A DNA stretch of 64,000 nucleotides from an uncultured virus (IMG/VR IMGVR_UViG_3300012346_000469) (Duplodnaviria > Heunggongvirae > Uroviricota > Caudoviricetes), in the IMG/VR virus record IMGVR_UViG_3300012346_000469. The stretch is one strand, 5' to 3'. The notes below the pieces were generated by a model. That model searched no databases. It saw nothing but the letters and a program-made list of their open reading frames with translations, and was not told the DNA's origin. Position numbers and translations under genes: made by a program. The first letter of the stretch is position 1. Every line of letters begins with the position of its first letter. This document shows positions 55,513-62,629 of this stretch, in pieces.

Positions 55513-56137
55513 TTTGATTCTCCTTAAAAATTGAAAGTGCTTTTTCGAGCGGCCATTCTTGCAATCGTTGTATCAATGTTGAGACGCTGACGCCAAGATG
55601 CTTTGACCAGTCGGTTAAGCACATTTCCAGGCCGTTGAATTCCAAATATCTGTTGTTGCGTTTGTTTCTTGATTGCTTGTAATCGTTTGCCCATCTGCAA
55701 TTTTCTTTGCAGTAATCTCCATGTACATCAATTCTGTCTATCGACTTCATTCCGTCTGGTTTTTTGCCCATGTCCTCAAAAAAAGCCTCAAAAGAATCCA
55801 TCCACCTTTGGCACATTTTTATTCCACGACCTCCATAATCAGGAAAGTCTTTGTGGTTTGGGTTGGTGCATCTTGCTTTGATGTGCGCCCATGACCTGTA
55901 CTCTGTGGTTTTTGTCATCCCATGCTTACGATTTGAGTTGCCCTCTTTTTTTATGCATCCGCAAGACTTCGAGCCCCCAGAACGCAAGGCATTTAGCCTT
56001 ACGTCTGTTTGCACTCCGCAATCACAAATGCAAGCCCACAAAACATGTTTTCTGCTTGGGCAGATTTCATGTCCATTGGGGTAAAGGGCGGTGAGTTTGC
56101 CAAACTTCATTCCAGCGATGTTGAGTTTTGCTACCAT
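55508..56137 (-). CDS. free-standing HNH homing endonuclease
   Basis: FGKLT..W.C.CDCG..SKSCGC..YGGRGI..SIDRID..GDY...NCRWA; AT-rich. Confidence 0.9.
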   Translation of the reverse strand: MVAKLNIAGMKFGKLTALYPNGHEICPSRKHVLWACICDCGVQTDVRLNALRSGGSKSCGCIKKEGNSNRKHGMTKTTEYRSWAHIKARCTNPNHKDFPDYGGRGIKMCQRWMDSFEAFFEDMGKKPDGMKSIDRIDVHGDYCKENCRWANDYKQSRNKRNNRYLEFNGLEMCLTDWSKHLGVSVSTLIQRLQEWPLEKALSIFKENQN

Positions 56138-56168
56138 GATAGATTATGAACAAGTTGTTCATGCAATA

Positions 56169-56192
56169 TTAGCATACTGTGATGACGTTCAT
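56169..56192 (-). pseudogene. orphaned original ssb 5' end (MNVITVC*)
   Basis: AAGGAG SD and ATGA coupling to erf; resembles the SSB N-terminus. Confidence 0.6.
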
Positions 56193-56902
56193 GCTTGCTC
56201 CTTGAATTTGTTGCGTGCTGTTTTGAATTCTTCCATGAGGGCGTCGTAAGCAGAGCTGCCTGGCTCCGCCTTCATGCGGTCGTAGATGTTTTTGTTGTTG
56301 CGGAAGATGGCCATCACATCAGCTTCTGTGGCGGCTTGCTCGAGCCCCAGCTTGGTTGCCTCCATTACGATGTCTGCCCAGTCCGTGAACTCACCTTCTG
56401 GCTCAATCGAAACCTTCAGCTGCCATGGTCCTTCTTTGCCTTCAATCTTGGCTGGCGGCTTGGCTGATGGCTCGGCCTGCTTCACTGGCTTGGATGCCGA
56501 ACGCGGTGCTGGCTTGACTGGCTCTTCGTAACCGGTGCTGGCGTCCAGGATGTCGTGCTCAACAATCTCCATGGCGGTCATCCACAGGTAGCGGCGCTGG
56601 TAGGTTTCCACGGCACCCAGGTTCTGGATGGGGTGCGTGCCCTTCAGGTTTGCTTCGGCCATGGGGCTGCTGATCGTGATCATGGTGCCGTCTTCGACAT
56701 CGGTGATGGCGAGCTCAGCATAGTCCTTTGTGTACGAGACAACGCCGCACAAACCGATCCGGTTGAAGATCGATTGGATGACGGGCAGGAAGTCGCCCAG
56801 CTCGAAATAGCTGTAGCCTGCGAACTTGTTCAGTCCAGACTTTTTCAGCTGCGTGCCCTGCAATTCAATGCGGGCTTCCATCAGTTTTTTATGAACGCTC
56901 AT
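56189..56902 (-). CDS. ERF-family ssDNA annealing protein
   Basis: KSG.NKF..Y.YFEL.D...IQNLGA..TY.RRY motif. Confidence 0.85.
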   Translation of the reverse strand: MSVHKKLMEARIELQGTQLKKSGLNKFAGYSYFELGDFLPVIQSIFNRIGLCGVVSYTKDYAELAITDVEDGTMITISSPMAEANLKGTHPIQNLGAVETYQRRYLWMTAMEIVEHDILDASTGYEEPVKPAPRSASKPVKQAEPSAKPPAKIEGKEGPWQLKVSIEPEGEFTDWADIVMEATKLGLEQAATEADVMAIFRNNKNIYDRMKAEPGSSAYDALMEEFKTARNKFKEQA

Positions 56903-57099
56903 TTTGCGATTCCTTCATCACGGTTCTTTTTGAAATCGTAGTCGTTACGATATTCGGTTGGGGGTGTCCAGCCATGCTTGCGCCATGTTTGCTGGACGTT
57001 GGAGCCTTTCTTGAAAACAAAAAAGGGATCATCCAATGATGGCACCTTTGGGGTCGACGCCACTTCAACGATTGCAAATTTTGCTTCACGCTTTTTCAT
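56899..57099 (-). CDS. hypothetical protein (VQQTWRKHGWTPP motif)
   Basis: GAGG SD; internal ATG. Confidence 0.65.
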   Translation of the reverse strand: MKKREAKFAIVEVASTPKVPSLDDPFFVFKKGSNVQQTWRKHGWTPPTEYRNDYDFKKNRDEGIAK

Positions 57100-57475
57100 C
57101 TGGCACCTCGTCAGTGATTCGTAAAACTTCAATTGTCTTGCCGTCTTTACCATGGCACGTTGTGTAGGTTTTCCTTCCCCAGACGGTGGAAAGATAGCTG
57201 CACACACCAGAGCGAATATCTTCCGCTTCGTAGTCACCAATTTTGACGATCTGCACAGAGCCAACAGCGGCCTTCAGGTCAATCTGCGAGCCGTAAAACT
57301 CACGCAGCTCGCCATACGGAAATCTGTTTGGAGCCCTGCGCTTTCTTTGCTTTGGAGTGACCACTTCAAGTTCTCCGTATTCGTTGCCGTCTGGGTCGAT
57401 GATCTTGAACTTGCAGCCAATGCCTTCAATGAATTTGATGGAGCGGGTCAACTCCTTCAGTTGAATTTCTTTCAT
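57086..57475 (-). CDS. hypothetical protein (MKEIQLKEL...)
   Basis: AAAGGAG SD. Confidence 0.75.
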   Translation of the reverse strand: MKEIQLKELTRSIKFIEGIGCKFKIIDPDGNEYGELEVVTPKQRKRRAPNRFPYGELREFYGSQIDLKAAVGSVQIVKIGDYEAEDIRSGVCSYLSTVWGRKTYTTCHGKDGKTIEVLRITDEVPDEKA

Positions 57476-57492
57476 GGTGTTTCTCCTTTGGT

Positions 57493-57660
57493 TTAGAACC
57501 AACCGAACCAGATTCCGGTTCCGTGAATCCATGCGATTGGGAACACAATGGCTCCGGCAATCAAGAATCCCCACGAAGCCGTTTTCAGGCATACAACGAT
57601 GTGCGTGATCCATGAAAAGATCACCCAGATGGCCAGGCCAATTGGAATTAAGCCGTTCAT
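57493..57660 (-). CDS. 55-aa membrane protein (MNGLIPIGL...WITHIVVC...HGTGIWFGWF)
   Basis: read by hand; coupled start; hydrophobic. Confidence 0.65.
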   Translation of the reverse strand: MNGLIPIGLAIWVIFSWITHIVVCLKTASWGFLIAGAIVFPIAWIHGTGIWFGWF

Positions 57661-57866
57661 ACTTCCATCTCCCCTTGGTTTGTTTCGCCATAGGTTTCCA
57701 CCTTGGTGCCATTGCTCAGTGCTTCGACCAGATCATCTTGCGATGCGACCTTGACGCTGAATGCAGACTTGGCCACATGGGTGATGGCTTGTGATGCGAC
57801 AGAGGCTTTTACGAGGCGGCTGCCTGTTGGGCCGTTGACGAGATAGATGCGTGTTGCTGTTGCCAT
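57657..57866 (-). CDS. hypothetical protein (RIYLV..RLVKA..SQA..HVA)
   Basis: AAGGA SD. Confidence 0.75.
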   Translation of the reverse strand: MATATRIYLVNGPTGSRLVKASVASQAITHVAKSAFSVKVASQDDLVEALSNGTKVETYGETNQGEMEV

Positions 57867-57876
57867 GATGATTTCC

Positions 57877-58680
57877 TTATTTAACGTGGATGAAAGGGGT
57901 GACGCCACCGGCGTTGGTAGTCGGCAATTTGCCGTCCCATTTTTCGATGGCTTTGAGTTGGACGTAGTCGGAACCGCCTTGTGCAGAAATCGCTGAAGCA
58001 CGCAGTCGAATGGCGTCGGCTTCACCTTGCGCTTCAACTCGTTTTCGATCGGCTTCTGCTCGGGCAAGCTCAACTTCTTTTTGCTTGGCTGAGATTTGAA
58101 AGTTTCGGTTTGCCGATTCCTTGATTGCCTGCTCAAGTGCTGGGTCGGTTACAAGGTTGCGGACGTTGGCGCTGCGAACAAAGAACATACCCTTGCCAGC
58201 GGATTCATCGAGGTCGGCTTGCAAAGACTTCACGATGTCCGCAGAGATGCTCACGCGCTCGGTGTGTACGGTTTCAGAACCATACTTGGCGACTGCGTTG
58301 TAAACGGCTTCACGGGCCTGGCGTGTGACGTAGCCATTGCCAATCCGCACACCGTCTTCGCCCTTGAACTCAACGGCATCGCCTGGCCATTTGGTCATGA
58401 TCTCTGGAGCCTTGGATGGATCGATTTGGTAAAAGATGTCCACGTCCAGGTCGGCCAGCGTGATCTTGTCTTTGGTCTGGGGCTTCATGTCATCAAGCGA
58501 CAGGCGTAGCTCTTTGGCGGACACTTCGGTCACGCGCTTGAACAGGCTGAAGTACACGCCTGGCGGCATGGTTTCTTTTTTGACCTGGCCCAGTGTTGCC
58601 TCAACGCCGACGTTGCCGGTATCGATCTGGGTACATGCAGTCAACGATGCGACTGCAATTGCTGAAATGATTCTTTTCAT
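57877..58680 (-). CDS. SPFH/Band 7 domain lipoprotein
   Basis: lipobox LTAC; IDTGNVGV, TKD and AIEKWDGKLP motifs. Confidence 0.88.
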   Translation of the reverse strand: MKRIISAIAVASLTACTQIDTGNVGVEATLGQVKKETMPPGVYFSLFKRVTEVSAKELRLSLDDMKPQTKDKITLADLDVDIFYQIDPSKAPEIMTKWPGDAVEFKGEDGVRIGNGYVTRQAREAVYNAVAKYGSETVHTERVSISADIVKSLQADLDESAGKGMFFVRSANVRNLVTDPALEQAIKESANRNFQISAKQKEVELARAEADRKRVEAQGEADAIRLRASAISAQGGSDYVQLKAIEKWDGKLPTTNAGGVTPFIHVK

Positions 58681-58684
58681 GGTT

Positions 58685-58876
58685 TTACAAAAGTTGGGTT
58701 GATGGAACATTGGCGGCAACCACTACGAGTAGAAGCAAGATGCCGATGAAAAAGCCAATCCGGAAAGCGTGCTGTGTGATGGACTTGATGGCCACCCTTC
58801 TTGCCTTTGGATCAGCCAAAGTCCAGACTGCGTAAACAGCCACGACTAAGACAACGAGTAAAAGCAAGTGCCTCAT
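58685..58876 (-). CDS. two-TM membrane protein
   Basis: hydrophobic ORF coupled to the upstream stop. Confidence 0.6.
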   Translation of the reverse strand: MRHLLLLVVLVVAVYAVWTLADPKARRVAIKSITQHAFRIGFFIGILLLLVVVAANVPSTQLL

Positions 58877-59100
58877 GACCAGGTGACAGCTTTTACTGCC
58901 CACATCTGGGCGGTCTGGGCTTCCGTGATTGCAATGCTCAGCATGCGCTTTGCTTCGGGTGATGCGTCGCTCAACAGGCGGTGCTCATTCAGAAGGTCAA
59001 CGACTTCAGCAAACTTGCGCTTGATGAGGTCAACGTCTTCGCGTCCGCCTGGGTTAAAGCTAACGCCGCAGGCCTTTTGGCCAAATGTCAATTCATTCAT
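58873..59100 (-). CDS. Acb2/Tad1-like helical-hairpin protein (candidate signal sponge)
   Basis: FNP...V..IK......R..SIAIT..QTAQMWAVKA motif. Confidence 0.65.
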   Translation of the reverse strand: MNELTFGQKACGVSFNPGGREDVDLIKRKFAEVVDLLNEHRLLSDASPEAKRMLSIAITEAQTAQMWAVKAVTWS

Positions 59101-59996
59101 GGTGCTTCCTTGGTTTTGAGATAGGCTTGGTATTGCGTGCAGAACGGTGCCACTTGGCAAAAGCCAGAGCAGCGCGTCCGATCGCCTTCCCTTACCTCGA
59201 TTGAAAAGCTCTCACCTTTCTTGGCCTTGGCCACAGATTCAGCAAGAGCAGCTTCGGCATTGGCGCGCACTTCATGCACGCTCTTTGCGCGAACGTTGCC
59301 GTCTTTTTTGACGGCGTAATAGGTTGGCTTTTCCCACATCTCTTCAGCCGTGCATTCAGGCATTTCACCGCCGGCATGGACTGCGAAGTAGGCATCGTTG
59401 TGCAGCGACAGACGGCCCTCGACGTAGGCCTGACGCTTCTCAAAAGTCCACAGAGGGATGTCAATGACATGGATGGGTGACTTGGGGTAGCCTTCCTTTG
59501 TCAGTGCATCACGGCGCGACCAGTCACGCACGATGGCCACGATGTTCAAAGCCTTGATCGGCACGCCTTTTTTACGCTCTATCAGCCAGGCGTAGACGTT
59601 CAGCTGGTTGTGCCAATCATCTTTCTCGTTCATCACGGCCCATGCGCCAGTGACTTTGTAATCGCTGATGATCACGCCGTCTTCATAGACCTCTTGCAGG
59701 TCGATGGCGCCGCTGATGCGCCAGCCGTGGTGCTCGGTAAAGATGCGCTCTTCAACGATGTGGTGATCGCTCTTGCCGTGCTGCAAGATTTCGTGGACGG
59801 CCGAGCCAAACAGTGACCAGACCATCTCGCTTGCGTCTTGCTCGAGCTCATCCCAGTGCTTGGCCTTGAGCTGCACGATGCGCGGGCTGTTCAGGATTTC
59901 CGTGGCAGAAATCTGTGAGTCGCCTTTGGTGTAGGTGGGCCGCTTGATCACGTTGATGAACGTGTCGGGCAGCTCAAACTTGTTGGTCAGCTTCAC
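59097..59996 (-). CDS. PD-(D/E)XK (RecB/Cas4-like) exonuclease
   Basis: GSAVH, SGAID, DYKVT, QLN.Y, C..FC.V..FC motifs; GTG start with AGGAG SD. Confidence 0.85.
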   Translation of the reverse strand: MKLTNKFELPDTFINVIKRPTYTKGDSQISATEILNSPRIVQLKAKHWDELEQDASEMVWSLFGSAVHEILQHGKSDHHIVEERIFTEHHGWRISGAIDLQEVYEDGVIISDYKVTGAWAVMNEKDDWHNQLNVYAWLIERKKGVPIKALNIVAIVRDWSRRDALTKEGYPKSPIHVIDIPLWTFEKRQAYVEGRLSLHNDAYFAVHAGGEMPECTAEEMWEKPTYYAVKKDGNVRAKSVHEVRANAEAALAESVAKAKKGESFSIEVREGDRTRCSGFCQVAPFCTQYQAYLKTKEAP

Positions 59997-60244
59997 TGCA
60001 TCTTCTCCTTGCTCAGGTGAATCGTGTGCTTGTGAATCTCCATGAAGATACCGATGATGTCGTGCATCGTCATGTCGGCAGACAGGCCAAGCGTTGACAA
60101 AATGATGCAAGCCGCTGCAATGGCCTCGCGCGGGTTTCCATCTGAATCTTCCAAAATTCCGGCGCCGTGTTTATTGGCGATCTGGGCAGCATGCTTTAGG
60201 ATGAGCATGCCCGCTTCGCGCTGCTCTGGGGTGAGTTCTTTCAT
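59993..60244 (-). CDS. hypothetical protein, first gene of the leftward operon
   Basis: AGGA SD. Confidence 0.65.
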   Translation of the reverse strand: MKELTPEQREAGMLILKHAAQIANKHGAGILEDSDGNPREAIAAACIILSTLGLSADMTMHDIIGIFMEIHKHTIHLSKEKMQ

Positions 60245-60274
60245 GTGTTGATCCTAACTGTTGGGTGGGACTCT

Positions 60275-60303
60275 AATGTAACAGGTATAAACCAACAACA
60301 CAA
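60275..60303 (-). promoter_or_regulatory. candidate leftward promoter
   Basis: TTGTGT-17 bp-TACATT with extended -10 TG. Confidence 0.45.
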
Positions 60304-60349
60304 CACCTGCTACGATGAATGCAATATATTTTTTTCATAGGTGTTTTCC

Positions 60350-60634
60350 ATGAGAAGAGCAGCCAGGCGTGACACCAACGAGCCAGAGATCATCAAGGCC
60401 ATGCGCGACATGGGCGCCTACGTCAAGGTCATCAACGACGAGGGCTTGTTCGACCTGCTGGTGAGCTTCCGCGGGGAGACGCTGCTGATCGAGGTCAAGG
60501 ACGGGGCCAAGCCGCCATCGGCCAGACGGCTCACGGACGCAGAGCAGAAGTTCCACGACGAATGGCCAGGATCAGACCTGTACATCGTCAACAGTGTTGA
60601 AGAGGCTGTTGCTCTGTTGAAAACTTGCGGTTAA
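60350..60634 (+). CDS. VRR-NUC-like PD-(D/E)XK nuclease (resolvase-like)
   Basis: RD.NE..I....G..DLLV...LIEVK..LT..E..F...W. Confidence 0.85.
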   Translation: MRRAARRDTNEPEIIKAMRDMGAYVKVINDEGLFDLLVSFRGETLLIEVKDGAKPPSARRLTDAEQKFHDEWPGSDLYIVNSVEEAVALLKTCG

Positions 60635-60637
60635 GAT
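60609..60637 (+). promoter_or_regulatory. sigma70-like promoter for the sRNA/tRNA region
   Basis: TTGCTC-17 bp-TAAGAT. Confidence 0.6.
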
Positions 60638-60643
60638 TGAGGC

Positions 60644-60728
60644 GCGGCATAGGGGTATGTCGTGTTTCATGAGTGTTTCTCCTTTAGGTTGGGATTGCCC
60701 CTCTGCTTAGCGGCAGAGGGGTTTTCTT
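60644..60728 (+). ncRNA. candidate trans-acting sRNA with anti-SD/anti-AUG seed
   Basis: promoter, 5' hairpin, TTTCATGAGTGTTTCTCCTTTAGGTT seed, terminator. Confidence 0.55.
60697..60728 (+). terminator. intrinsic terminator
   Basis: CCCCTCTGC/GCAGAGGGG stem plus TTTTCTT. Confidence 0.75.
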
Positions 60729-60735
60729 CTGAAGG

Positions 60736-61025
60736 GCCAACACGCATGAGCCTTTCTGCGGAGCTCTCAAGCCGGCTCTTGGGCGCAGTGATGCAGACGG
60801 GTTCAGTCGTGTTGGCAAGAGTCGGCCGAAAGGCAAACAGTTTTGGTCTGTTGACTCACAGTGCGAGTCGAGAAGTCAACCGGCATCTGGGGCCGTTCGC
60901 ACACCAGAACCATCACTTTGCCCAGGGGTCGTTCCCCGCAGCGCGAAGTCCTGGAGTGGCCAGGTGGGCAAAGTGATGGTCAAGCGCAACACTTGCGTCG
61001 GACTGGGGGTTCTCGGTCGCCATCA
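60736..61025 (+). ncRNA. cluster of structured non-coding elements upstream of the tRNAs
   Basis: 9-bp and 16-bp closing stems, GAAA tetraloop, three-way junctions. Confidence 0.5.
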
Positions 61026-61033
61026 ATCATTGT

Positions 61034-61112
61034 CGCGGGATAGAGGAGCCCAGCCGTCCTCGCCAGTTTCATACGCTGGAGATCGCAGGTGCGAATCCTG
61101 CTCCCGCAACCA
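61034..61112 (+). tRNA. tRNA-Met(CAT), initiator-like (C1xA72) with non-canonical features
   Basis: cloverleaf, CAT anticodon, encoded CCA. Confidence 0.85.
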
Positions 61113-61168
61113 ATTCATGTACAATCCGGCCCATCATGAAAACGTCTTTCCTTCCGCGACCGACCAAG

Positions 61169-61244
61169 CTGTGTGTAGCTCAGCTGGTAGAGCGCGCGCT
61201 TTGGGAGCGTGAGGTCGCAGGTTCGATCCCTGTCACACAGACCA
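61169..61244 (+). tRNA. tRNA-Pro(TGG)
   Basis: canonical cloverleaf, encoded CCA. Confidence 0.95.
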
Positions 61245-61274
61245 ATTTCACAACGACACGAAACTGATACCCAT

Positions 61275-61350
61275 TCTGGGGTAGCACAGTGGTAGTTGCA
61301 TCTGGCTGTTAACCAGAATGTCGTTGGTTCGATCCCAACCCCCAGAGCCA
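61275..61350 (+). tRNA. tRNA-Asn(GTT)
   Basis: cloverleaf, G73, encoded CCA. Confidence 0.95.
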
Positions 61351-61355
61351 AATAA

Positions 61356-61432
61356 GCCCTCGTAGCTCAGTCGGTAGAGCACCTGTTTTGTACTCAGGAG
61401 GCCGGGCGTTCGATTCGACCCCGAGGGCACCA
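61356..61432 (+). tRNA. tRNA-Thr(TGT) with U31-U39 mismatch and a bulged T-stem
   Basis: GCCCTCG/CGAGGGC acceptor stem, encoded CCA. Confidence 0.85.
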
Positions 61433-61441
61433 AAATATCTC

Positions 61442-61471
61442 TTGCACGTCCACCAACGTCTTTGCTATACT
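61442..61471 (+). promoter_or_regulatory. sigma70-like promoter
   Basis: TTGCAC-18 bp-TATACT with extended -10 TG. Confidence 0.75.
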
Positions 61472-61475
61472 GGCC

Positions 61476-61597
61476 TCGTTGCCGTAGGAAGCGACGAAAA
61501 TTGAGGCCGTTTACACATGCGTTCCGCCTTACCTGATGACCAGTTGAAGAGTCATGAGGTAAGGTTCCTACCGGACGCAGTTGTAAGCGGCCTTTTT
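61476..61597 (+). ncRNA. C4/CI-like antisense RNA with its upstream target hairpin
   Basis: loop GTAGGAA (61484-61490) is complementary to bulge TTCCTAC (61565-61571) in a long nested stem ending in a T-run. Confidence 0.65.
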
Positions 61598-61602
61598 CAT
61601 TT

Positions 61603-61975
61603 CTACGTCAGCTCTGCGCTGATCCTTTTGGTGATACGAACGTTCTTGTTCAGCGCGAGAGCCATAAGAACTATCGACGTGGCAAGCGCGGGTGGGGATA
61701 GCGCTGATTGTTGGGTAAACCGCCAGAACGGAACCAGGTCGAGAGATTGGGGTGATCCGGGGCAACGGCAGCAATCAGGTCGAGCTTGGTCAGTGCGCTA
61801 AGAAGGGGTCTCACAATGGGCCTAAATGTCTGACAGCTGCGGCGGAGCATTGAGAGATGACCGCAGCCAAAAAGCGACGGAGCGACCGATGGGCGATTCC
61901 AGCATTTTGATCTTCAGCCAACCTCGCGTTTTGTGAGCTAGGGGTGGGCTGTGTCCGATTGCTCTGTCACTCGGT
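61603..61975 (+). ncRNA. candidate large structured RNA
   Basis: multiple 7-10-bp nested stems and one pseudoknot; no credible ORF. Confidence 0.45.
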
Positions 61976-62003
61976 CCGGGCGATAACCAGTGTGGAGATG
62001 GTG

Positions 62004-62600
62004 ATGTCAGAGAAGATGGAAGCGAGTAGGGTGAAGAGTAGTGCGCTGCCTTGGTACATCACATCCAGGGTGTGTGCTGCGGAGAGGCAAGGGCTGAGCG
62101 AGATAGAGCAGGCCTGCCTGGCCTTAGAGATAGACGGCATGCCCTGCCCCATGGCCACTGATCCAGAGCAGTGGGTGCGCGAGAACTTCTCATACATCTG
62201 TTTCAAGTACCGCGAAAAATATCCGCGGAATGCCGTGGCCACCGGCAAAACAAAAACTCAAAAGAAGCGCAAAAAGCATCGTGCTTTGGAGCGACGTCAA
62301 TCTGTACCAAAACCAGTGGCGCAAAGGCCCATCAAGGTGGCTGGCGTCGATGTGGCATCAGATGCCTTCCTGTCCACGTTTGAGTGGCGCAAAGTGCGCA
62401 TGGAGGCCCTAAAGAAGTATGGCCCAAGGTGCCAGTGCTGCGGCGCCACTCCGGCCAATGGTGCCGTGATGAACGTTGACCACATAAAGCCGCGCAAAAA
62501 GTGGCCAAGCCTGGCGCTTGATGTCAACAATTTGCAAATCCTTTGCCACGATTGCAACCATGGCAAAGGCAATTGGGATGAAACGGACTGGCGGGCGTAA
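62004..62600 (+). CDS. HNH endonuclease with N-terminal domain and K/R-rich linker
   Basis: W..VR....CQCCG..VDHIKP...NLQILC.DCN.GK; GGAG SD. Confidence 0.88.
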   Translation: MSEKMEASRVKSSALPWYITSRVCAAERQGLSEIEQACLALEIDGMPCPMATDPEQWVRENFSYICFKYREKYPRNAVATGKTKTQKKRKKHRALERRQSVPKPVAQRPIKVAGVDVASDAFLSTFEWRKVRMEALKKYGPRCQCCGATPANGAVMNVDHIKPRKKWPSLALDVNNLQILCHDCNHGKGNWDETDWRA

Positions 62601-62625
62601 AAAAACCCGCCACTGAGGACGGGTT
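62599..62625 (-). terminator. terminator between convergent genes
   Basis: AACCCG/CGGGTT stem with a T7 run on the minus strand. Confidence 0.6.
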
Positions 62626-62629
62626 CGGT

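Noticed and set aside
55508..56172. Group I intron interrupting ssb
   Set aside because: Only ~35 nt of non-coding sequence flank the HNH ORF, leaving no room for a catalytic core, and a new SD/start is present downstream
60829..60861. c-di-GMP-I riboswitch suggested by GGCAAAC
   Set aside because: No GNRA-capped P2, no GACGCAAAG segment and no downstream CDS
61113..61168. HDV-like (theta) ribozyme in the tRNA spacer
   Set aside because: No nested double-pseudoknot pairing could be built, and the tRNAs already encode CCA
61495..61545. Hammerhead ribozyme suggested by CGAAA and CTGATGA
   Set aside because: The stems needed around the core cannot be formed; the region is explained by the C4-like fold
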